DNA of 64,000 bases, taken from an uncultured Candidatus Saccharibacteria bacterium. GTDB taxonomy: Bacteria > Patescibacteriota > Minisyncoccia > Phycocordibacterales > JACOZG01. The stretch covers positions 144,065 to 208,064 of the forward strand of contig CAYUVV010000001.1 in the NCBI GenBank assembly GCA_964448295.1, in the 5' to 3' direction. Position 1 is the stretch's first letter; every line of letters starts with the position of its first letter. Positions 50,066 to 58,681 of this stretch are shown here, piece after piece. The notes under the pieces were generated by a model that was not told the origin of the DNA, searched no databases, and saw only the letters and a list, made by a program, of their open reading frames with translations. A program made the translations under genes and the position numbers.

Positions 50066-50764
50066 TTATAACACTTTAAGCTTGCTCCTGATAATCCGAT
50101 ACATTCTCCACTTGTAACCAATATCTTCAATTTCTATGTGCCTTTCTGGAACGTACCCATATTCTCCCAGCATTTCTTCGAACTCTGAAAAATCACTTTC
50201 TCCCTTAAAATTAACGTGGGTCATTATTATAATCCCCCCATCATTTAAATACTTACCAACCTCTTCGAAAAAAGTGTGATGAATTTTATATTCAGGATCA
50301 TAAAGAGCGGACTCCACTATTCCTTTAATCGGAAAATCTGTGATAGGAAGATTTGCAATAACGACATCAAACTTTTCTTCCCCTTTAAGACTGCTAAACA
50401 GGTCACTTTCAAAAACTGAGACCACGGCCTCTACACCATTGAGATGAATATTTTCTTTTGCACACAATACCGCTACGGGATTTATATCTAAAGCAATAAC
50501 ATTTTGAGCACCATCTTTTGCCGCCTGAATAGCTTGCACGCCCGTACCTGTCCCTATATCAAGAATCCGCTTCCCCTTAAGATTACCGAAAATCGTATGC
50601 AATTTCTCGGAAGTTCGTGAGAAATTACTTCGTGGAGGAAAGACATCCTTGCAAGTCTTTATTTTTAAACCCTCAATATCAATAATTTCGGATGCCTGGT
50701 TTTTAATTTCTTGTAGAAATTTTTTGGTTATATCGGGATTTACTTTAGCCATATAGATATTCAT
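50066..50764 (-). CDS. Class I SAM-dependent methyltransferase (small MTS domain, RsmC/PrmC-like) with degenerate motif IV
   Basis: ILDIGTGTGV motif I; motif IV reads ANLPI rather than NPPY/F. Confidence 0.65.
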   Translation of the reverse strand: MNIYMAKVNPDITKKFLQEIKNQASEIIDIEGLKIKTCKDVFPPRSNFSRTSEKLHTIFGNLKGKRILDIGTGTGVQAIQAAKDGAQNVIALDINPVAVLCAKENIHLNGVEAVVSVFESDLFSSLKGEEKFDVVIANLPITDFPIKGIVESALYDPEYKIHHTFFEEVGKYLNDGGIIIMTHVNFKGESDFSEFEEMLGEYGYVPERHIEIEDIGYKWRMYRIIRSKLKVL

Positions 50765-50909
50765 ATTTTACAATCTTTTCAACCTTTTTGATAGACTTTT
50801 GCAGTTTAGCTTCCTTCACCGAATTTGTGTAGTTGACTTCCCTCCGCTTCTGCTCTGTGTTGCGGTTGGGATCTGGACTTCGTAAGCGTTCGCGGTATGT
50901 TCGTGTCGT

Positions 50910-52208
50910 ATGGAAACAATGGCAATACCCCGCCGAAATACGGCGACTCCCGGCCTTCAAGAACAGGAGCCTATCCGCTATTGCCTCTACGCCCGCAAAT
51001 CGAGCGAAGCCGAAGAGAAACAAGCCTTGTCCATCGATTCTCAAATTAAGGAAATGCTGACCATTGCCCAGCGCGACGGTTTAAACATCATCGAGATGTA
51101 TCGTGAGTCGCACTCAGCCAAAGACTGCGGCCAACGGCCAGTTTTCAACAAATTGCTCATTGATATCCGCGAGGGCAAGTTTAACGGTATTCTCGTCTGG
51201 CATCCCGATCGGCTGAGCCGGAACGCCGGCGACCTTGGTACGGTTGTGGATCTGCTTGACCAGAAGAAATTAATCGAGATTCGCACTTACAGCCAGCGTT
51301 TTACCAACAACCCGAATGAGAAATTCCTGCTCATGATTCTCGGCTCTCAAGCCAAGTTGGAAAATGATAACAAGAGCGTCAATGTAAAGCGCGGCCTCAA
51401 GACCAAGTGCGAACTCGGGCTTTGGCCCTCGGTGGCGCCAACCGGATACCTGAACTCCAAGAACAAAGATCAGAAAGGCGTGGTGTTCGTGGATCCGGAT
51501 CGAGCGCCAATTATCAAAGAACTTTTCCGCAAAGTGGCTAATGAAGGCTGGAGCGGCCGAAAGATTTACCGATGGCTCAAGGAGATTAAATTTGTCACCC
51601 GCACCGGCAAGCCGCTCACCTTGAGCAATGTTTATGTGATTCTCAACAATCACTTCTACCACGGCTCGTTTGAGTATCCCAAACAGAGCGGTCGCTGGTT
51701 CCAAGGCAGGCATATGCCGCTAATCTCCAAAGACTTGTTCGATGAGGTCCAGAAACAGCTCCACCTGCAAATTAAGGCCCACAATCGTAACAAAGAATTC
51801 GCCTTCACTCGATTGCTTTTCTGCGGCGTCTGTGGCTCAGGCGTGACGGCGCAGGAAAAATTCAAGAGTTTGAAGGATGGCTCGATCGCCAAGTATATTT
51901 ACTACGGCTGTACCCGGGCCAAAAATATCAACTGCGAGAAAATTCTCATTGATCAGTTAACCAAAATCATTGACCAAATCGATCTCGATCGCTCGGGCAT
52001 CAAGAAAAAACTTGGAGCCGAGATCGAGCGGCATAAAAAATTTCACTCAGGGATTATGGGAAAAAGCGAAGAAGCCTATCGCGCGAAAGATGCCGATATC
52101 AGAAATTACGCGAAGTATCTGCTAATCGAAGGATCGATATTTGAGAAGCGGGATTTGCTGGGGTGTTTGAAGAGTAAGCTCTCTCTTAAGAATAAGATAA
52201 TCTACTAA
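50910..52208 (+). CDS. Large serine recombinase (resolvase N-domain + recombinase domain + Zn ribbon)
   Basis: YARKSS catalytic region, DRLSRN, C-terminal Cys cluster CGVCGSG...YYGC. Confidence 0.85.
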   Translation: METMAIPRRNTATPGLQEQEPIRYCLYARKSSEAEEKQALSIDSQIKEMLTIAQRDGLNIIEMYRESHSAKDCGQRPVFNKLLIDIREGKFNGILVWHPDRLSRNAGDLGTVVDLLDQKKLIEIRTYSQRFTNNPNEKFLLMILGSQAKLENDNKSVNVKRGLKTKCELGLWPSVAPTGYLNSKNKDQKGVVFVDPDRAPIIKELFRKVANEGWSGRKIYRWLKEIKFVTRTGKPLTLSNVYVILNNHFYHGSFEYPKQSGRWFQGRHMPLISKDLFDEVQKQLHLQIKAHNRNKEFAFTRLLFCGVCGSGVTAQEKFKSLKDGSIAKYIYYGCTRAKNINCEKILIDQLTKIIDQIDLDRSGIKKKLGAEIERHKKFHSGIMGKSEEAYRAKDADIRNYAKYLLIEGSIFEKRDLLGCLKSKLSLKNKIIY

Positions 52209-52963
52209 GATAGTAGCCCGGCCTGCTCTCGTGACATACCTTTTGCACCCTCATTTCTTATTTTCTTCCAGATTCTTTCAACTCCATCAATGTGCCCTTT
52301 TTCTCTTTCGCGATTGCGTTGTGCTTCTTCGATAACTTTTGACCATCTCAACATCATAAGGACTGCCCCTTCCCTAACTAAGTCAAAGAAGTCCTTAGGC
52401 CTAAGCATAATTGTTTTGTGTTCCCTTATGGCGAACTCAGCTTCCATCTTTTCCTTATTTTCGTCCGATAAGTCATTGGCTGCTAGCGCAATAAAAATAT
52501 CTTCCGTCGGCTCACCAAATCCAAAGAAGTGGACTAGGGCATTTCTAAATTTATATAGACGCTCACTACTAACTGCAGTAAAGAGACCTTTATAATATTG
52601 ATTCTCGGTATTTATACAGAATTCCTCATACCAAACCCTTGGTCTTTTATTGGTGGTACCCGTCTGATTTAAATAGCTAAACCAATAACTGGCTAATACA
52701 TCGATTAAACTGAAGGTCACGATCATTTGTATACGCTGGGGAATCGGAGTAATCTCTTTGTCATTTTTAAAGAAAACGGTGTTACATTCTTCAATTACAC
52801 TCATTAAGAAATCTACGACCTCCTTTTCTCTAGCTGTGTGCTGAGATATATATTGCTTCCTGTTATCATACATATAGAGGCTACAGTTAGGATCACCCGT
52901 CCCATAACAACGCTTATATTTCTTTCCGCTTCCACACGGGCATTTATCATTTCTTCCCGTCAT
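52205..52963 (-). CDS. SEC-C-motif protein with uncharacterised C-terminal domain
   Basis: N-terminal KCPCGSGKKYKRCYG; remaining 220 aa unknown. Confidence 0.5.
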   Translation of the reverse strand: MTGRNDKCPCGSGKKYKRCYGTGDPNCSLYMYDNRKQYISQHTAREKEVVDFLMSVIEECNTVFFKNDKEITPIPQRIQMIVTFSLIDVLASYWFSYLNQTGTTNKRPRVWYEEFCINTENQYYKGLFTAVSSERLYKFRNALVHFFGFGEPTEDIFIALAANDLSDENKEKMEAEFAIREHKTIMLRPKDFFDLVREGAVLMMLRWSKVIEEAQRNREREKGHIDGVERIWKKIRNEGAKGMSREQAGLLS

Positions 52964-53233
52964 AAAATTTCTCAGATAATTTTGACCCCTCTTGGTCCTT
53001 CGATACTTTTCTAGACTGCTGTCCCTCCTGAATGAAATCCGAACTTTTTACCAAACGAACCCTGACGAATGAAGCCGCCCCGCCGCCGCTCGCTGACGCT
53101 CGCCACCGAGCAAAACACTCTTTACATTTTCTGATTTGCGCGCGCCCCCGAAAAATTTTTCCAATTAAGGAAAAGAGTATTTTGCTCGGCTCTGCTCTGA
53201 ACGAGCAGGCGGCGGGGCTGGCCTCTATTTTTT

Positions 53234-53316
53234 GCTCGGGCGCGGCGGAATTCCCCCCACACCCTCCTTCCGCCGTGTTCTTGCGGGAACGGACGGAATT
53301 TTTGGCGGCGGTTATT
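53234..53316 (+). repeat. Structured ~85-bp repeat, copy 3 (overlaps stop of helicase gene)
   Basis: GCTCGGGCGCGGCGGAATTCCCCCCACACCCTCCTTCCGCCGTG...GGACGGAATTTTTGGCGGCGG. Confidence 0.8.
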
Positions 53317-56300
53317 TTGATTTTAGCATCTCCTTTATCTCCTGAACACACTGCTCCAAATCATTTTGGAGTTGATACACCCAAAATCGTTTGACTTGCC
53401 ATCCATGCATGATGAGATGCTGATCTCGTTTCAAATCCGAGAGCAAGCGACCTCCGTCAATGTCGCGATGCCACATCTCGCCGTCAATCTCAATATCAAT
53501 CGGGATTTCAGAATCAAGAACGGCAAGGTCAAGACGATATTGGTACAACGGATATTGCGAGATGGTTCTGATACCTTCCCGCGCGAGGGCGTCATACAAA
53601 ACTTCCTCCCACGGCGACTCAAATTTTCCTCCGCTTTTATTTTTATTTTCCGGTTCCAACTCCTCGACATACTTCACGAAATCCGAAAGATGCGAGATGC
53701 CGGATTGAGCGCAAGCAACCCTGTCGCCGACAATATGCAATTCCGCCCTCGCACGGGTAATCGCGACATTGAATAGATTTACCGTATTTCCCAAAAATCC
53801 TAACGAGCGTTGCTGGATTTTACGCGATACAACCGGAGAGAAAATCATAATGTCGCGTTGGTCGCCTTGATATTTATGCGCGGTATCAACTGTAAAATCC
53901 AGTTTTCGCAACTGCGCCGCGTCTATCTTTTGCTCTACCAAATCTCTGATTTTGTTCGCTTGCTCTCGGAAGGGCGTAACAACGCCGAGCGATACGGAGT
54001 AGTCGTCGCCGTGGGCGAAAATTCTTTTGATAATTTCTTCAATCAACGCAACAATCGCTTTCGCCTCGTCCAAATTGTATGCGCTTCCAGCAGATGGCCG
54101 AATAACCTCGCCGACGACATCGTGCCAAATGAGCGCGTCTGGATGTCCGGCGCCGCGCAACCTACGATAATCCGTCCAAACGCTCAATTTCCCGCCATAA
54201 AACTTTTTGTTGGAGAAACCGATAATTTCCGCGCGGCTCCTGTAGTGTTCGAGTAAGTGAACGAATTTTGCACCCGTTCCTACAACGCTTCGCGCAAGCT
54301 CAAAAAGAGAGTTTATGCTGTAAAGAAAGCGTTGGTCGTCGGTCGAGGTTAGGCCAATCTGCCGTTGCAACTGTTGATCGTCCGCGCGATGCAAAAGAGA
54401 GATGTGCGTGAGCTGATTTGGGTCGCCCACAATCACGGCTCGCTTCGCGCGATAAAGTAGCGGAATTGCGGACGCGATGTCGCATTGAGACGCTTCGTCA
54501 ATAATCACGACATCAACGGCTCCTGCGCTCAACGGGAGTGCGTGACGGACGGATAGATTTGTAACGGCCATCGCCGGAAACGCCCTTACTACGCTTTTGA
54601 ACATTCGCTTGCGCTCATTTCTCAACTCCTCCGCAAGTTCGCCTCCTGTTACATCACCCTCTAATCGGCGCACGATACTCACATAGTCCGCAATATCGCG
54701 CCGTTCCTTAGGGCCAAGCGACTTGAGACGACGCTTCATCAACGCATCAACATATATGACGCTAATATCTATCGCGCGTTCTTTGCTTTTTGTGATTCGC
54801 TCCCGCAAAACTTCTACGCGCGCTTCGTTCTCATTCTCTCGCACAATTCCTAGAAGTTCAGATTGATTATCAATCCACTTTTTCAAGGCGCGGCAAATTG
54901 TCAAAAGCTCTCGGCAGTTATGAACGGAATTGAGCGAGATATTGATGCCTTCGACTGGCGCAAGCAGAAGTAATGATTTTGCTGTTTCCAAAACTCGTTT
55001 TTCCAGCGTAGAACCGAAAAGCGCAAGAACGCGCGAAATAAAACCGGGTCCCTCGTCAATTTCCTTTACTAAGCGACCCAACGAAACAAGAGTGTTATAA
55101 AATTCCTGTTTCCCTTCGATTTTTTGATACGAGTTGAGGTTGCGAGAAATTGACGAAGGCAATTCCGCTCTGACAGATTCAAGCGCGGCATCAAGGCGAC
55201 TTATGCGATTCCTGCGATCAAGAATGCGGAATAGTGATTGTTGCGCCTCTTTTTCTTCCGAACGCACTACCTCAAGCTCTTTTTTGTATTCGCCAATTTC
55301 TCGCTCTAGCGATTGGCTGTTGTAGCTTGAGGCGCGTTCAATCGCGGACAAAAGTGCTTCCGCAAATTCAATCTCGCGTTCCTTCTGCCCATATTTGAGA
55401 ATGACCGGCTCGGATTGAAGTCGCAATAATCTTTCAATGACGACATCAACCGCTTTGTGGTTTTTACTTCCGAATAAAACGCTTTCGTTATGAAGTAGCG
55501 CGTTGGCAATAATATTAAGAACGATTTGCGACTTTCCGGTTCCGGGCGGTCCGGTAATGACACTAACCGTATTGTTGAATGCACTTTTGACCGCGCCTCT
55601 TTGTTCATCGTTCAGTCCGGTTATTTCCAGCAATCCATCGCCGTTGTCCTCTTTGACTTCTGCGTTTCTATCAAGAATTACGCGCCATACATCATTCGGA
55701 GCGGTGGTATCTCGTAATTCGCTCAATTCTTGCTCTAGCCCACCAGTGTATTTTGAATCCGCGCTCCGAAAAATAACGCCAAGAGGCAAAACACCGCCCT
55801 CCGCTTTTAATTCTGTTGTTTTGCCGCCTAGAATATCTTTTGAGAAAGGAACCTCTTGCGGCAAAAGCTCGGCGAACGCACCCAAAATAGTTTTGAGATT
55901 TTGCCCTCTGCTTTTCTCATCGTCCCATGATTCCAAAACCGCTTCGGCGATTTGCTTTCTTTCCTCAACGCTCGTCAGTAAACTTTTATCTGTGAGAAAA
56001 GCAGAGTTGATTCTCGGTCTATCAGATTGCAAAACGAAAGCGTGTCCGGTTTCTGTTTGAACGAGGTCTATACCGAAAATCAGGATGGGCTGGATTATTT
56101 GACCCGACCATCCTCGTCGCGATTGTTCAATATGTTTAATGTGGCAAGGAAAGCCATAGAAATACGAAAGTGGACTGCGGCTCCATCGGGGACCGCTGAT
56201 GAACGCTTGGATTTTTTCATTTTGACCCTCAAATTCCAGTTTTTCCTTGCCGGACGCAATCCACTCTTTTTCCATTGCAGGCACCTGCAAAAACTCCACT

Positions 56301-56500
56301 CCATCTTTTGACGAGTAGAGTGTGATTTCTCCGGAGTTCTCAACGGAAATGCATGAGCCGTAATATTTGAGGAGTTTTTGCCAGCGTGAGGATGTAGGGT
56401 CGGTGTGAACCACCGGAGTCTTGTTTTCTGTTTTTCGGGCGGTTGCCGTTCGCCTATATCCGCCTCGACCTCTGTATTTGTTGCGATAGTAGGTTGCCAT
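53312..56500 (-). CDS. SF1 (Upf1/DNA2-like) helicase fused to C-terminal DUF559/Vsr-like endonuclease domain; N-terminal about 300-aa DUF4011-like region
   Basis: Walker A ITGPPGTGKSQ, Walker B VVIIDEASQ, motif VI region TAHKYQGDQRD, C-terminal YRLDLAV...IEIDGEMWH...D...K nuclease-like core. Confidence 0.8.
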   Translation of the reverse strand: MATYYRNKYRGRGGYRRTATARKTENKTPVVHTDPTSSRWQKLLKYYGSCISVENSGEITLYSSKDGVEFLQVPAMEKEWIASGKEKLEFEGQNEKIQAFISGPRWSRSPLSYFYGFPCHIKHIEQSRRGWSGQIIQPILIFGIDLVQTETGHAFVLQSDRPRINSAFLTDKSLLTSVEERKQIAEAVLESWDDEKSRGQNLKTILGAFAELLPQEVPFSKDILGGKTTELKAEGGVLPLGVIFRSADSKYTGGLEQELSELRDTTAPNDVWRVILDRNAEVKEDNGDGLLEITGLNDEQRGAVKSAFNNTVSVITGPPGTGKSQIVLNIIANALLHNESVLFGSKNHKAVDVVIERLLRLQSEPVILKYGQKEREIEFAEALLSAIERASSYNSQSLEREIGEYKKELEVVRSEEKEAQQSLFRILDRRNRISRLDAALESVRAELPSSISRNLNSYQKIEGKQEFYNTLVSLGRLVKEIDEGPGFISRVLALFGSTLEKRVLETAKSLLLLAPVEGINISLNSVHNCRELLTICRALKKWIDNQSELLGIVRENENEARVEVLRERITKSKERAIDISVIYVDALMKRRLKSLGPKERRDIADYVSIVRRLEGDVTGGELAEELRNERKRMFKSVVRAFPAMAVTNLSVRHALPLSAGAVDVVIIDEASQCDIASAIPLLYRAKRAVIVGDPNQLTHISLLHRADDQQLQRQIGLTSTDDQRFLYSINSLFELARSVVGTGAKFVHLLEHYRSRAEIIGFSNKKFYGGKLSVWTDYRRLRGAGHPDALIWHDVVGEVIRPSAGSAYNLDEAKAIVALIEEIIKRIFAHGDDYSVSLGVVTPFREQANKIRDLVEQKIDAAQLRKLDFTVDTAHKYQGDQRDIMIFSPVVSRKIQQRSLGFLGNTVNLFNVAITRARAELHIVGDRVACAQSGISHLSDFVKYVEELEPENKNKSGGKFESPWEEVLYDALAREGIRTISQYPLYQYRLDLAVLDSEIPIDIEIDGEMWHRDIDGGRLLSDLKRDQHLIMHGWQVKRFWVYQLQNDLEQCVQEIKEMLKSK

Positions 56501-56502
56501 AA

Positions 56503-56709
56503 TTATGAAAGAAGATTGCGCGGATCAACGCCGAGGGCATCAGCCAATCTTTCGAGATTTTTAACTGTAGGATTTCTAATTCCGCGCTCTATTCCGCTAA
56601 TGTAGCTCCGGTGAACGGCAAGTTTCTTGGCGATGTCCCCTTGGGACATACCTTTTTGCAAGCGGATTTTTCGTAGTTGCTCTCCAAGTTTTTTAGTAAG
56701 TGGCTTCAT
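56503..56709 (-). CDS. XRE-family HTH regulator (immediately upstream of, and co-directional with, the helicase)
   Basis: HTH_XRE; start set to the internal ATG (MKPLTKKLGEQL). The longer track ORF uses a non-ATG start that runs into the repeat. Confidence 0.7.
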   Translation of the reverse strand: MKPLTKKLGEQLRKIRLQKGMSQGDIAKKLAVHRSYISGIERGIRNPTVKNLERLADALGVDPRNLLS

Positions 56710-56797
56710 AGTGTCTTGTTGATATGTTAGCACTTGTTGCACTATTGGTCTATAGAGTATTATAATACTCGTATGGTAATCGCCGCTCCCGCAAGAA

Positions 56798-56870
56798 CAC
56801 GGCGGAATTCCCCCCACACCCCCCCCCCTTCCGCCGCGCCCTCGCTTGGGCTGGCGAATTTTTTGGCGGT
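56798..56870 (+). repeat. Structured ~85-bp repeat, copy 4 (about 85 bp upstream of the HTH gene start)
   Basis: CACGGCGGAATTCCCCCCACAC-C10-TTCCGCCGCGCCCTCGCTTGGGCTGGCGAATTTTTTGGCGG; 5' end diverged. Confidence 0.75.
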
Positions 56871-57589
56871 TAACTAATCCTTACTATCTCCGCCAGCAAA
56901 ACATCCATATCATTTGAAAAATTTATCTGCGTTTTGTTTGGCAGAGATTCCTTATTCCTAATTTTTGTATGTAGGTATGAGTCAGCAATTTTTCGAGACG
57001 AGTTCTCCAAGTGAGACATTGAATCTTTAAAACTCTTTGTGCCGTAATTGTTCGCGACTTCCGTAAAGGTATTTAGATTAAAAATTGGCGGAACATGATC
57101 AAGTATGGCTCGCACCAATAAAATAACCGAAATATAGTTGCCCACAGAGTAGGCGTGATCCAACTCTGAAAGCATTTGAATCAACCTTGAAAAGTCGAGC
57201 CGTCCTTTTTTCTTTTTCAAAGCTTGAAAACGTTTTTTGTCTATGAATCCTCCATCGACGGTAACGAGCTTAATTTTACTATCCTTGAAGCACTGGTTGA
57301 GTTGAAAGTCTTTCTCTACCTCCGCCAATTTATCGCTCTTAAGCCGCCATTCATCCTTTGCCACTTTGGAAGTTCGCCGATCTTTCGCTATCGCTGAGCG
57401 TAGTTTTGTAATATTCGGACTTCCAAGGCCAGCGCTTTTAAAATCGGATATAACTTGTTTTAATGTTGCTCCGGTGTCTTTTTTGACTGCATAAAAATAC
57501 AAAAAGCAGACCGCTCTATCGGCAATTTTTGTAGCTCGTCGGCTCATGCAATGAGCAAAGGATTCAGTGATCGCGCTATTTTTCTTCAT
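56870..57589 (-). CDS. Hypothetical protein, paralog group member 3 (shared about 50-aa domain at N-terminus)
   Basis: 239 aa; ADRAVCFLYFYAVKKDTGATLKQVISDFKSAGLGSPNITKLRSAI aligns with segments of the two upstream proteins. Confidence 0.5.
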   Translation of the reverse strand: MKKNSAITESFAHCMSRRATKIADRAVCFLYFYAVKKDTGATLKQVISDFKSAGLGSPNITKLRSAIAKDRRTSKVAKDEWRLKSDKLAEVEKDFQLNQCFKDSKIKLVTVDGGFIDKKRFQALKKKKGRLDFSRLIQMLSELDHAYSVGNYISVILLVRAILDHVPPIFNLNTFTEVANNYGTKSFKDSMSHLENSSRKIADSYLHTKIRNKESLPNKTQINFSNDMDVLLAEIVRIS

Positions 57590-58067
57590 CTATTTTCAAA
57601 AGAGATTCAAAATATTTTGCTCCCTTTCTATTCAATTTATAAACTACCGCCTTACCTTTGACGCGAGTTGAATCTCCCTCCAGATATTTCTGTAGCGATT
57701 CTGTAATCGCTTTAGACACATTTGGCGTTTTAACTCCAACCCGTAGCTCAGAGGTAATCCTTGCAACATCACCGGTAGTAAGCCCTTGCCGGGGGAAGTA
57801 TTTATAGTAAATGTAGAATGGCAATAAGACTCTGCCGGGGATTGAAACTTTATCAAGTATTTTTTCCTCAATTTTGTCCGCATCTTCGCAATTCTTAATC
57901 TTGTTCACGATGGCTAAAATATGATCATTCGAATCATTGCTAATTTTAGCTGGCTTCTTGACTAAAGACTGTTTCTGTTTTGTCGGAGTATTAAACAACG
58001 CCGCAAGGCATTCGTCCGCTAAAGACTTTATCTCATTGAGCTTTGATACAAGTTTGTCGTTCGTCAT
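57576..58067 (-). CDS. Hypothetical protein, paralog group member 2
   Basis: 163 aa; coiled-coil N-terminus; shared domain PGRVLLPFYIYYKYFPRQGLTTGDVARITSELRVGVKTPNVSKAI...GKAVVYKLNRKG; Lys-rich. Confidence 0.5.
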   Translation of the reverse strand: MTNDKLVSKLNEIKSLADECLAALFNTPTKQKQSLVKKPAKISNDSNDHILAIVNKIKNCEDADKIEEKILDKVSIPGRVLLPFYIYYKYFPRQGLTTGDVARITSELRVGVKTPNVSKAITESLQKYLEGDSTRVKGKAVVYKLNRKGAKYFESLLKIDEEK

Positions 58068-58069
58068 AT

Positions 58070-58597
58070 TTATTTCGTCGTTTTATTCTTCTTGCGGCGA
58101 GTAGTACTTTTGTATTTGCTTTTCTTGACCATATCCTCGGGAAATCCACCCTGCAAAACTTTCATACCGGTATTAGTAATGTAAAAACTGCCTTTCTTTA
58201 CCGGATCCGGTGCTATCCAGCCACTGCTTATAGCCCACTTAAAATCGCGTGTCAGGTTTGCCGGAATCAGTTCTCCAGCGTCACGAAAAAGACTTTTAAT
58301 TTCGCCCTGCTGAAAGGAGTCTTTATTGTGAAATTCTTTAAGGAACCCCGCCAATGTAAGAATCTTGTCGGGATTGCGCTTAGGTGCGTGCCTGTTTAGA
58401 TACTCTGCCGCAGATTCCCTTTGTGAACCAGTGCGACGAATAGATACTGGCGGCGCTGTCTTCACGACGCCATGTTCTTCGCCCCCAGCCGAAAGACAAA
58501 GAGCCATTATTTGTCCTGCAGTGTTTTCGTCAATCAATTTCTCATAAGATAGCCCAGCACCCTTGATGGTTATCTTTATTTTTGCTTGCTTATCCAT
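58070..58597 (-). CDS. Hypothetical protein, paralog group member 1
   Basis: 175 aa; shared domain PDKILTLAGFLKEFHNKDSFQQGEIKSLFRDAGELIPANLTRDFKWAI...KGSFYITNTGMK; basic tail KKSKYKSTTRRKKNKTTK. Confidence 0.5.
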   Translation of the reverse strand: MDKQAKIKITIKGAGLSYEKLIDENTAGQIMALCLSAGGEEHGVVKTAPPVSIRRTGSQRESAAEYLNRHAPKRNPDKILTLAGFLKEFHNKDSFQQGEIKSLFRDAGELIPANLTRDFKWAISSGWIAPDPVKKGSFYITNTGMKVLQGGFPEDMVKKSKYKSTTRRKKNKTTK

Positions 58598-58599
58598 AA

Positions 58600-58680
58600 G
58601 TTAAATGGTTATATGGTTAATAATAATTTGTCAACTTGTCTACAAGTTAGCAAAAGTGGCCACAGTTGTCAAGATCAACC
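58600..58680 (-). promoter_or_regulatory. Candidate promoter/operator for the paralog trio
   Basis: Minus-strand TTGACA hexamers at two positions, weak -10s (TATAAC), and an imperfect palindrome TGTCAACTTGTCTACAAGTTAGCA. Confidence 0.35.
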
Positions 58681-58681
58681 G

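Noticed and set aside
52947-53394. ORFs 52947-53351(-) and 53032-53394(+)
   Set aside because: They overlap repeat copy 3 and the GC-rich spacer, with low-complexity Ala/Gly/Arg translations.
53312-56500. A generic DNA repair helicase (RecD/DNA2) call for the 1062-aa protein
   Set aside because: Its context (own XRE regulator, repeat-flanked, inside an island) and C-terminal DUF559 nuclease fit better with a defence-associated helicase-nuclease. The housekeeping alternative is kept in would_refute.
17781-56870. Whether the four repeats are a CRISPR array
   Set aside because: Copies are separated by 4-35 kb and are not regularly spaced. One is inverted. They are about 85 bp with internal hairpins, and no cas genes are present.
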